Positions 9,270 to 17,666 of a stretch of 33,502 bases of DNA are shown piece after piece. A model generated the notes under the pieces. That model searched no databases. It was not told the DNA's origin and saw only the letters and a list, made by a program, of their open reading frames with translations. Numbering within the stretch: position 1 is the first letter of the stretch; every line of letters starts with the position of its first letter. This DNA comes from a virus, in IMG/VR virus record IMGVR_UViG_3300027987_000509; one strand, given 5' to 3'. The position numbers and the translations under genes were made by a program.

Positions 9270-11455
9270 CCACGACGTCACCCGCGAGTCGAACCCGCGT
9301 CGACAACATTTCAGAGACCTACTTCCGACATCACAACGAAGAAGAACACTTTCGACTCGATGACAAATTCCTCCGATCATACAGCGGCAAGAAGCCAAAC
9401 TTCGGATTCAACGGCCTAGGCGAGTTTGTTTTCTACCGCACTTACTCTCGCCTCATGGATGACGGCAGGAAAGAGACATTCATCGACTGCATTAAGCGAG
9501 TGGTCGAAGGATGCTTCGAAATCCAACGTCGCCACCAACGATCACTCCACCTGCCGTGGGACTATGACCGTGCTCAACCAGCCGCCCAAGAAATGTTCCA
9601 CAGGATGTGGGAATTCAAGTTCTTGCCACCAGGACGCGGCCTCTGGATGATGGGCACACCGTTCATGTGGGAACGAGGCAGTGCAGCTCTCAACAACTGT
9701 GGATTCGTCTCGACTTACGACAAAATTGAGACCGATCCGGCCGAGCCATTCTGTTTCTTGATGGACATGGCCATGCTCGGAGTCGGAGTCGGCTTCGATA
9801 CCAAAGGAGCCGGTCACATCAAGGTCAATCGACCGTCCAAGAGCCATCGCACTTACCAGATTCCAGACTCACGTGAAGGCTGGACTGAATCGATGCGGCA
9901 GCTCATCTACTCATACACCATCAACGCAGATGGTGGCCATGTGTCATTCGATTATGACTCGATTCGCCCTGCCGGAACAGATATCAAAGGGTTTGGCGGC
10001 AAAGCATCTGGGCCTGAAATTCTGGTTGATTTGCACGATCTCATCAGAGATCATCTTGAGCGAAGGATCGGCCACACACTCTCCAGCGTTGATATCGTCG
10101 ATCTTATGAACTACATCGGTCGCTGTGTCGTGGCAGGCAATGTGCGACGGACTGCTGAGATCGCTTTTGGCGATTCTGATGACTTCGCCTATTGCAGTAT
10201 GAAGAACCCGACTGCCACTTTGACAGAAGATGACAAGACAAAATTCTTCGACGTCATCAGCAAGCTGTATGCCCAGAGCAAGTCAAAGGGTGAAGTTGCT
10301 GATTTCAAAGAGACAGGCATACCGCTCGAGCGGTTGTGTCCAGCGATTGAAACCTGGAATTCACTCAACCACCATCGCTGGGCATCAAACAACTCGATTT
10401 TCGCCAAGATTGGCCAGAGTTATGACCATATCGGCGAACAGATCTCTACAAACGGCGAACCCGGCTTGATGTGGCTCGACAACATGCGTGACTTCGGACG
10501 TATGGCTGATGGTCGTGTCCCAGGCATTGACGGACGCGTGATGGGTGGAAATCCGTGCTTGGAGCAATCGCTCGAATCGTACGAGCTTTGTAACCTGTGC
10601 GAGACGTTCCCAGCGAACCATGATGATGCTGATGACTACATGCGTACTCTCAAGTACGCTTATTTGTACGCCAAGACTGTCACTCTGCTGCCGACACACA
10701 ATCGTCGGACGAATCAGGTCACACTGCGGAACCGTCGCATCGGCCTTTCGCAAAGCGGCATCATTCAGGCGTTTTCGAAATTTGGACGTCGGACGGTCCT
10801 TCATGATTTCTGCGATGCCGGTTACACCGAGATTCGACGTTGGGACGACATCTACTCTGAATGGATGTGTGTCAACAGATCGATCAAGGTTACGTCGGTG
10901 AAGCCGAGCGGTACTGTTTCGTTGGTCGCCGGTGCGACTCCAGGCATTCACCACCCAGTTGCCAGCACGTATTGGCGTCGTAATAGACTCGCCAAAAACA
11001 GCATCCTCGTCAAGATTCTGTCAGATGCCGGATTCCACATCGAGCCAGATCTCAAGGATCGCGATAGAACGGTCATTGTCAAGTTCGCTATTAGCGATGA
11101 ACGAGTGCGGCCGGTTGAGGATGTCAGCATCTGGGAACAGATGCAGAATGTGGCTGACTACCAAGCACTTTGGGCTGACAACCAAGTGTCTTGCACAGTC
11201 ACATTCAAGAAAGAGGAAGCCAAAGACATTCCTAGAGTGCTCGAAGCATACGAAGACAAGATCAAAGGCATCAGCTTCCTTCCGGCGACAGATCACGGAT
11301 TCGCCCAAGCACCGTACGAGCCGTGCACTATCGAGGAAGTCGAACAGTACAACGCTTCGCTACGGAATGCTGACTACAGCGAGTATCTCCACGAGGCGTC
11401 TGGTGCCAAGTTCTGTGATGGCGACGTCTGCATGCTCAACGAAACTGCAAAATAG
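9248..11455 (+). CDS. nrdJ: Class II (adenosylcobalamin-dependent) monomeric ribonucleotide reductase
   Basis: FYRTYSR, FLPPGRGLW, ALNNC, VVAGNVRRTA, NPCLEQ...ELCNL (thiyl radical Cys), TSVKPSGTVS and the C-terminal CDGDVC redox pair. The start may be 9260 (GTG) or 9266 (TTG). Confidence 0.93.
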   Translation: MERIVSLTTTSPASRTRVDNISETYFRHHNEEEHFRLDDKFLRSYSGKKPNFGFNGLGEFVFYRTYSRLMDDGRKETFIDCIKRVVEGCFEIQRRHQRSLHLPWDYDRAQPAAQEMFHRMWEFKFLPPGRGLWMMGTPFMWERGSAALNNCGFVSTYDKIETDPAEPFCFLMDMAMLGVGVGFDTKGAGHIKVNRPSKSHRTYQIPDSREGWTESMRQLIYSYTINADGGHVSFDYDSIRPAGTDIKGFGGKASGPEILVDLHDLIRDHLERRIGHTLSSVDIVDLMNYIGRCVVAGNVRRTAEIAFGDSDDFAYCSMKNPTATLTEDDKTKFFDVISKLYAQSKSKGEVADFKETGIPLERLCPAIETWNSLNHHRWASNNSIFAKIGQSYDHIGEQISTNGEPGLMWLDNMRDFGRMADGRVPGIDGRVMGGNPCLEQSLESYELCNLCETFPANHDDADDYMRTLKYAYLYAKTVTLLPTHNRRTNQVTLRNRRIGLSQSGIIQAFSKFGRRTVLHDFCDAGYTEIRRWDDIYSEWMCVNRSIKVTSVKPSGTVSLVAGATPGIHHPVASTYWRRNRLAKNSILVKILSDAGFHIEPDLKDRDRTVIVKFAISDERVRPVEDVSIWEQMQNVADYQALWADNQVSCTVTFKKEEAKDIPRVLEAYEDKIKGISFLPATDHGFAQAPYEPCTIEEVEQYNASLRNADYSEYLHEASGAKFCDGDVCMLNETAK

Positions 11456-11479
11456 CGGTGAACGTTTCCCAAGGGGAGT

Positions 11480-11514
11480 CACGAGGCCGGTAAATCCGGC
11501 CTCGTGTCGTATTT
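11480..11514 (+). terminator. GC-rich hairpin, putative terminator after nrdJ
   Basis: CACGAGGCCGG-taaat-CCGGCCTCGTG (11-bp perfect stem) followed by TCGTATTT. Confidence 0.7.
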
Positions 11515-11547
11515 GACCAATGGCTAAGTCACTGCAACAGGTTCGGT

Positions 11548-13161
11548 ATGAGAGCGATAATCAACGACAATCAGTGGATTTGGTTCGACAACATCACCAC
11601 GGCTGAAGAAGAGGTGTTGTGGGTCAACTTCAGCGTCCAGAACGCAGGGACCTACATCGATCCATCTCAACGTGGGATGTGGGATGGAATCTATCGCAAA
11701 TACAACCGAGCCAAACAAAGGATGGCTCGCCCGTTATTGAGTATGCTTCGCGGTGTCTGTACGAAGCACGATCTGCCTCTGGTAGTGAAAGACAATCGGC
11801 GGAGATGGGATTATAAACCACTCAAGCCTGAAGAAATTACACCAGACTTTCTTCCAGGGATCACGCTCGATCCGCACCAGATCAGAGCGATTCAAGCTGC
11901 TTGCAAAGTAGAATGTGGAATTGTCGATGTCCCGACAGGCGGTGGCAAAGGTGAAATCATCTGTGGTATCTGTAAGGCTATCGACTGCCCTACGATTATC
12001 ATAGCAGATCAAACGGTGGTCATTGATCAGCTCAAAGCACGCCTTGAGTTGCGTGAGATCGACGAAGAGATTGGTCTCTTTTATGCAGGCCAGAGACCAA
12101 GCGGCGAGAAAATCGTTGTCGGCTCAATCCAATCGCTCCAAAGTCCTACTAAGGTGCCACCTGTTCCTGAGAGGAAACTCAACGAATCCGACGCCGTCTT
12201 TGAAGGACGCATGGCTAAATGGGAACAACAGTACAAAGCGTTCAAGACCCGCCAGAAAAATGCGAAGTTCCTGCAGGCGTACGCGAAGACAGCCGAGATG
12301 ATTCTTGTTGATGAATGCGATAAAGCAACGTCTGATCCTTACAAGAAGTTGTTCCGTCATTGGTTTCAAGGACGTCGAAGATACGGATTCTCAGGCACAC
12401 CATTCGACGAAGAGAAACCTGTCGAAGCGATGGTGATGCAGGAACATCTCGGCTCTGTGATTGCTAGAGAATCTAGATCCAATCTGGAAAAGATCGGCCG
12501 CATCATTCCTTGCGAATATTGGTCGATGGCTTTTGGCATCGACGGGAGTATCAACGAAGGTTCTGCTTATGATATCGCTCGCAACGATTACATGACGCAG
12601 AATAAGAAATTCCACAATCTGATCGCAGCTATCTGCAACAAGTATAGAGGTGATGGCACTTTGATTCTTGTGGATGCGATTCCGCTCGGTCAGCATTTGG
12701 AGAGAGTGATCAACGAAAGTGGTCTGAGAGCCCACTTCATCTATGGGAAAACTCCGAAACGTCGTCGGACTGAACTGCTACGATCGTTCGAGAAGAGAGA
12801 TTACGACGTACTTATCGGTGGCAAGATAATAAATCGTGGCCTTGATCTCGCTGGTGGTTGCGAGAATTTGATTATCGCAACCGGAGGAAAGTTGCAGTCA
12901 GATTTCATCCAGAAGATTGGTCGTGCTCTTCGGCACAACAAACGAGGACGAAGCAGAGTCTTTGATTTTTATTTCCGATGCAACAGGTACCTCTACGATC
13001 ACTCGAAAGCTCGGCTCAAGGCCATGGTCAATGCCGGTTATCGTACAGTAGTCGTATTTCCGGGCGGGAGCATTGATGGTGCCCAACTCATCAGAAATAG
13101 ATTCCAAATCCGAAAACGGCTCCTCCAAGCCGACCCCCAGACCCGGCTCAGTTTCTCCTGA
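11548..13161 (+). CDS. uvsW: SF2 DNA helicase, UvsW-like
   Basis: Walker A PTGGGKG, motif II DECD, motif III SGT, RGLD, and motif VI QKIGRALR. Confidence 0.85.
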   Translation: MRAIINDNQWIWFDNITTAEEEVLWVNFSVQNAGTYIDPSQRGMWDGIYRKYNRAKQRMARPLLSMLRGVCTKHDLPLVVKDNRRRWDYKPLKPEEITPDFLPGITLDPHQIRAIQAACKVECGIVDVPTGGGKGEIICGICKAIDCPTIIIADQTVVIDQLKARLELREIDEEIGLFYAGQRPSGEKIVVGSIQSLQSPTKVPPVPERKLNESDAVFEGRMAKWEQQYKAFKTRQKNAKFLQAYAKTAEMILVDECDKATSDPYKKLFRHWFQGRRRYGFSGTPFDEEKPVEAMVMQEHLGSVIARESRSNLEKIGRIIPCEYWSMAFGIDGSINEGSAYDIARNDYMTQNKKFHNLIAAICNKYRGDGTLILVDAIPLGQHLERVINESGLRAHFIYGKTPKRRRTELLRSFEKRDYDVLIGGKIINRGLDLAGGCENLIIATGGKLQSDFIQKIGRALRHNKRGRSRVFDFYFRCNRYLYDHSKARLKAMVNAGYRTVVVFPGGSIDGAQLIRNRFQIRKRLLQADPQTRLSFS

Positions 13162-14056
13162 TGCTCAGAGGAAACTGTATTTCATCAATGAGATTGTGGA
13201 GTGGCAGCTCACACAGTACATCTGGACCGGTTGCACCAGAGTCCATCTCCGCGACCAAATCATGTCGCACGCTACGGAACTGATTCGGCAGATTATCCGT
13301 AAGCAGGGCCTGCACACGATTTATCCAGGTCAAGAAGAGTCGGCATTCGGCGATTTGCTACAAACGGCTTGGGTGCAGATCGAAAGGACTCTCTACAAGT
13401 ACCGTTCTTGTCCACATTGTCGCAATTGCTTCAATTACGAGCGGCCATCCGAATCGCTCCTTTACAGGCCGCAAAACCGCGAGTATGGCATCAAGACGCT
13501 GGAAGAAGTCGTCAAGATGCACCGCTCTTGCCCACATTGCAAGGTTCCTCTATCGGCTGATCCGGTTGTTGAGCCGGTTCAGGGTCGCTATGGTGGGTCC
13601 GCATCTGTCAGCTATCGCGGCATGTCGAAGGTGTTTAACATGTGGTCGCAAATCGCCAGGACTGTAATTCTGGCGTATATCAAGAAAGAGGGCAGAGACC
13701 GCAAGAACTCTGGCCCTTATATGACGCATCTCACGACTCGCACAAGACCGGTCAGCGACATTATGATCCGGTTTCTCAACGAAGCGAAAGAGATGTGTCG
13801 GTACAATGATGATTATCTTGCAATCTTGAGTTCCCTCGAATGGCTCATGGCGAATGACGAGCGACCTCACGATGGAATCATCGGAAAATTGGTCGAACGA
13901 TCTGGCCTCTCTCGAGCCACTGTCACTGGCTTCATGAAGTTCGTGAAACTCCGTAGCCTGGAGTTCACTGATTCTCCCATCAACAGAAGCTACAGTGACG
14001 AGCACCGTCGCACCGACGCCCGCCGTAAAAGCAACGTCGATTTTGACGAGGATTAG
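13076..14056 (+). CDS. Late-transcription sigma factor, gp55-like, with Zn-ribbon insertion and C-terminal HTH
   Basis: LYFINE..., GDLLQTAWVQIERTLYKY and KVFNMWSQIARTVILAYIKKE parallel gp55 sigma region 2 (DMI.D...C..Y...NPFAYFTQI...AF...I.KE). SD GGGAG precedes ATG 13076. Located between uvsW and the packaging genes. Confidence 0.68.
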   Translation: MVPNSSEIDSKSENGSSKPTPRPGSVSPDAQRKLYFINEIVEWQLTQYIWTGCTRVHLRDQIMSHATELIRQIIRKQGLHTIYPGQEESAFGDLLQTAWVQIERTLYKYRSCPHCRNCFNYERPSESLLYRPQNREYGIKTLEEVVKMHRSCPHCKVPLSADPVVEPVQGRYGGSASVSYRGMSKVFNMWSQIARTVILAYIKKEGRDRKNSGPYMTHLTTRTRPVSDIMIRFLNEAKEMCRYNDDYLAILSSLEWLMANDERPHDGIIGKLVERSGLSRATVTGFMKFVKLRSLEFTDSPINRSYSDEHRRTDARRKSNVDFDED

Positions 14057-14061
14057 TCTCC

Positions 14062-14069
14062 CAAACATA
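14062..14069 (+). promoter_or_regulatory. Putative late promoter YAAANNTA (CAAACATA), 4 nt before ATG
   Basis: One of 11 intergenic or gene-boundary copies; no SD present. Confidence 0.55.
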
Positions 14070-14073
14070 CAAT

Positions 14074-14385
14074 ATGAAGTTGCGGGAGATCTATATCCTC
14101 GAAGACGATTATTCCGGACTCGAAGACGCAGACGAGTTCGGGACAGAGTGTGCTTATCCAGGATGTGTGATTTCCCACGGCGAATGGTCTTGTGAGAATT
14201 GCGGAAGACCATACTGCGACGATCACATTGTGCCAGTGGAGCCTGAACTACTAAAGGACAATAAATTACTTGGGCATCTCTACTCGCCACCGAAAATGTG
14301 GCACGGTGCTAGACTTGTCCAGAATGACTTGGACATCTGTCCTGATTGTCTTGAACGTGCTGGATTTGATTTGGAGCAATTCTGA
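14074..14385 (+). CDS. Leader-tagged Cys/His-rich Zn-finger protein (putative internal head protein)
   Basis: N-terminal MKLREIYILEDDYSGLEDADEF leader, then CxxxxC, CxxC, CxxH and CxxC motifs. Confidence 0.75.
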   Translation: MKLREIYILEDDYSGLEDADEFGTECAYPGCVISHGEWSCENCGRPYCDDHIVPVEPELLKDNKLLGHLYSPPKMWHGARLVQNDLDICPDCLERAGFDLEQF

Positions 14386-15026
14386 TGGCCAAATCGAAAC
14401 CACAGTTTGTCACGAGTTGCTGTGGCCGTCCGATAGAAGACTGCCCAGGCTGCCCTGAGGGAATGATGTTGATCCCCAAAGATACTGACGGGGATGAGGA
14501 TATGGACAAAGAAATCGACGAATCTCTCCAGCCGATCTTCAAAAAGATCGAATCTGGCACAGTGACTACCGACGACTTCAACGCATTAATGGAGGCGACT
14601 CCGGAGTCTGCCAGGGATCGTCTTCGTAGACGTTCTATGGCTCAGCGGGACACTGTGAAAAGCCATCAAGATAATGAGACCGGCCATGCCGATCTCGAAT
14701 TACCAACTTTCAACGATCGGATTCAACCGAAAAGAGAACGTGCTGATAGGACCCAGATGCAACATCGTGGGCGGCTCGGGCATCGGCACAGTGCGAGGAC
14801 TCAACGTCGCACACAGCAAGAAAATAGGTTTGAAGTAGCTCTTGGCTTCTTGGTCGAGAATTTCGGCAAACCGTTTGACGAATACCAGGAATTATTGGCT
14901 GACATCGAAGATAAGGCAGCGGTAGCTATTGTTGCCAGAAGGTTGATGACCAAGCCTGGTATCAATAGGGATTGGCTGTACGACGTTTGCCGGAATCTGG
15001 AACATGACAGACGAAATGGAAGATGA
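14385..15026 (+). CDS. Hypothetical protein (N-terminal Cys cluster, charged linker)
   Basis: 213-aa ORF coupled by a TGATG overlap; CC..CPGC at the N-terminus. Confidence 0.7.
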   Translation: MAKSKPQFVTSCCGRPIEDCPGCPEGMMLIPKDTDGDEDMDKEIDESLQPIFKKIESGTVTTDDFNALMEATPESARDRLRRRSMAQRDTVKSHQDNETGHADLELPTFNDRIQPKRERADRTQMQHRGRLGHRHSARTQRRTQQENRFEVALGFLVENFGKPFDEYQELLADIEDKAAVAIVARRLMTKPGINRDWLYDVCRNLEHDRRNGR

Positions 15027-15621
15027 TGAACTCCAAAGTCTCCTCAATCAGCTGGAAGACCAAGACCAGCTTGTGGATACAATGGAGTCAGAAGTGGACG
15101 AGCCGCCCGTTGAGAGCGAGAAGCCACTATTTTCAGAACCAGAGGTCACGCTTAGACCCGAGGAAACCGGGCCGCCGCCCGATGGGCTGGTTGCGACAGA
15201 TGCACGGAGATTTGATGCAGCTCCTCAGTCGATTATTGAGGAACGTGCAGAAGATATTCCAGTTGACAATCAGTTGTCCAAGTACATGGACAGACTCGAC
15301 GATGTCACTGAGGAAGTCCTGGCTGCTTGTCGCTCTGACCGTCAAGAAGCACAGGATGTCATCAACATCTACAAGAAAGCGATCGAAGACGCTCAACAAG
15401 CAAAACATCCACCTGCTAGGATGTGGGTCGACGGCCTTGTGAAAGCCGTTGAGGTGAAAGCAGGAATTAACGGAAACGCGGTTAAGGTCATTGAGGCGAA
15501 CGCCAAAATGCTCGCCGCGACAAAAGCTGGGACCATGCTCAATCAACAAATCAACATTGGTGACGGTGCCCAGCTCGATGATGTCTTGAGCCAGGAACTC
15601 AGCGAAGACGATGAATACTGA
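15004..15621 (+). CDS. Putative terminase small subunit
   Basis: Directly upstream of and coupled (TGATG) to TerL. Acidic N-terminus, helical hairpin and terminal beta-strand (NQQINIG) as in gp16-type TerS. The function is positional inference. Confidence 0.5.
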   Translation: MTDEMEDDELQSLLNQLEDQDQLVDTMESEVDEPPVESEKPLFSEPEVTLRPEETGPPPDGLVATDARRFDAAPQSIIEERAEDIPVDNQLSKYMDRLDDVTEEVLAACRSDRQEAQDVINIYKKAIEDAQQAKHPPARMWVDGLVKAVEVKAGINGNAVKVIEANAKMLAATKAGTMLNQQINIGDGAQLDDVLSQELSEDDEY

Positions 15622-17600
15622 TGGCTAGCAAAAGGGTAAATGCAAAGCAGCGAGAGGTCATCCGACGCTGCCAACGATCTGTAACATGGTTCCTGCGGAA
15701 CTTCGGAAAGCTGAAGCATCCGTCAGCAGGCGTGCTACAGTTCTACCCATTCAGCTACCAGCGAGAAGCCATCAAGTCGTTTAGGAAGAATCGGCTCAAC
15801 ATCTTCAGAAAATGCCGTCAGTCCGGTATCTCAAAGATCTCTGGAGCATTCGCGACATGGTTCGCAATGTTCCACCCGCACAAGACGATTCTCATCGTCT
15901 CACGTCGAAACGAAGACGCCATGGCCTTCTTGCGAGACCACATCGTCTTCTTATTTGAGCATCTTCCGCAATGGATGCGTGACGTCTGGGAACCAGTAAA
16001 GCAGAACGAACACGAAATCATCTTCCCCAATGGCTCTCGGATTCAATCCTTGACGAGCCACCCAGACGTTCTACGATCGCACGCCTCATCGCTGAATATC
16101 ATCGACGAAGCCGGGTTCATCCAGGGTATGGACATCATGTGGGCCGGTGGTTGGCCGACGCTTCAGCACGGTGGTAACGTCATCTGCATCAGCACGACGA
16201 ACGGTATCGGAAACTGGTACTGGTCGACGATGACAGACGCTGAGGCAGGAGTAAACGGTTTCAACCCAATCGTGGTCAACTGGTGGGACATGGACTGGTC
16301 CATCGAGTACCGAGACCCGTTGTCGAGAGAATGGAGGCGAATCGCTCCTCGTGATGGCATCAGAGAAACCAGGACAAAGGACGAAGTCGGTAAATTCGGA
16401 CCGTACTGGTCGCCTTGGCTGCAAGAACAATATGATGCTCTCCAAGAGCAAGGAGAGGCGTGGAAATTCAGGCAGGAAATTCTGGCTGACTTCATCGGAT
16501 CTGGTAACACTGTCCTTGCTCCGGAAGTTATCGCTCATATCGGGACGACAGTCGAAGATCCGCCGCAAGTCGTCACTGGATATCAGACTTACGTGCACCC
16601 AGTCACCGGCAATGTCGAAGAAATCGACTTCTCATTTGATCAGCCGGATGAGGGCCTTTGGGTCTGGAAGAAGCCGGTCATTGCTGTTCCGGAGAAACGA
16701 CGTGGCGATCAGACCATCGAAAGGGGCGTGCCTGCACATTCTTATGTGATGGGTATCGACATCGCGACCGGTAAAGGCCGTGACTACAGTGGAATTGAAG
16801 TCTTTGATGTCGATACGATGGAACAAGTCGCCGAATTCATGGCGAGATGCTTACCGAGAGAGCTGGTGAAGTACATCGACCGTATCGGCCGCTGGTACAA
16901 CTGTGCTTTGGCTGTTGTTGAACGAAACAATGGTGGCGACATCGTCATTGACAGTCTTCGCTATGACATCATGTACCCGAGGCTGTGGCGAAGGAAGGAC
17001 ATCAACGACAAACCGCAGCCTCCGCGATCCCTTAACCGTGCCAGGGCTTTGAAGGTTGGTCAATACGGCTTTTCCACCAGCATGGCCAGTAAGCCGACAA
17101 TGAACAAATTCCTTATCGACTACATTCGAGAGAAGGAGGAAGAAGGATACAGGATTTACAGCAAGCGGCTGTTGAAGCAGTTCCAGACTTATGTTCGGAA
17201 GAGAGACAGATTGGGGAAAGACACTGGTAGGACCGAGGCCGAAGAAGGTGCTGGAAACTTTGACGACCTCGTCATGGCTTGCGGTCTGGCACTTATTGGC
17301 ACCCAGGACGCTTTCCGTGTCGATTCCGGAAACTTGGTGCCGTACGGTGCTGGCACTAGCTTCAAGAGCCAGACCGGCCCAGTGATTATGTCCGACCAAT
17401 CAGTTGCCGCCGCTCAGCAGCAGTACATAGCCGAGGGCGGGCAACACCTCTTGATGCCATTATCTCTCGCCCCTGACGACTTGCCAGAGATTTCAGCACA
17501 ACGGCAGCTCGAGGCTTTCACATTTCAGCTTGGCGGCATCCCAGTGGGTAAGCAAGGCCCGTTGGTCGTCCCACCAAAATACTACTATGACCGCAAATGA
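15621..17600 (+). CDS. terL: Terminase large subunit (T4 gp17-like)
   Basis: PFSYQ adenine motif, RQSG Walker A variant, IIDEAGF Walker B, ISTTNG coupling motif, FRQE, and nuclease motifs MGIDIATG.G.DYS, VERN and FDDLVMA. Confidence 0.95.
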   Translation: MASKRVNAKQREVIRRCQRSVTWFLRNFGKLKHPSAGVLQFYPFSYQREAIKSFRKNRLNIFRKCRQSGISKISGAFATWFAMFHPHKTILIVSRRNEDAMAFLRDHIVFLFEHLPQWMRDVWEPVKQNEHEIIFPNGSRIQSLTSHPDVLRSHASSLNIIDEAGFIQGMDIMWAGGWPTLQHGGNVICISTTNGIGNWYWSTMTDAEAGVNGFNPIVVNWWDMDWSIEYRDPLSREWRRIAPRDGIRETRTKDEVGKFGPYWSPWLQEQYDALQEQGEAWKFRQEILADFIGSGNTVLAPEVIAHIGTTVEDPPQVVTGYQTYVHPVTGNVEEIDFSFDQPDEGLWVWKKPVIAVPEKRRGDQTIERGVPAHSYVMGIDIATGKGRDYSGIEVFDVDTMEQVAEFMARCLPRELVKYIDRIGRWYNCALAVVERNNGGDIVIDSLRYDIMYPRLWRRKDINDKPQPPRSLNRARALKVGQYGFSTSMASKPTMNKFLIDYIREKEEEGYRIYSKRLLKQFQTYVRKRDRLGKDTGRTEAEEGAGNFDDLVMACGLALIGTQDAFRVDSGNLVPYGAGTSFKSQTGPVIMSDQSVAAAQQQYIAEGGQHLLMPLSLAPDDLPEISAQRQLEAFTFQLGGIPVGKQGPLVVPPKYYYDRK

Positions 17601-17631
17601 TGCGGCAACTGATTCTGGATTGGGACGTGGG

Positions 17632-17639
17632 TAAATATA
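17632..17639 (+). promoter_or_regulatory. Putative late promoter YAAANNTA (TAAATATA) upstream of portal
   Basis: AT-rich motif in the TerL-portal gap, resembling the T4 late promoter TATAAATA. Confidence 0.55.
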
Positions 17640-17666
17640 ACCTACAGATTACTTTGGGGATGACGT

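Noticed and set aside
15816-15836. Terminase Walker A reads RQSGISK rather than RQxGKT, raising the possibility of an inactive enzyme
   Set aside because: RQxGIS/T variants are, to my knowledge, common in T4-like environmental terminases, and all other motifs are intact.
9248-17600. Inteins or introns in NrdJ, helicase or terminase
   Set aside because: No C-start/HN-C splice motifs or LAGLIDADG/HNH blocks are seen; the ORFs are continuous and of near-normal length.
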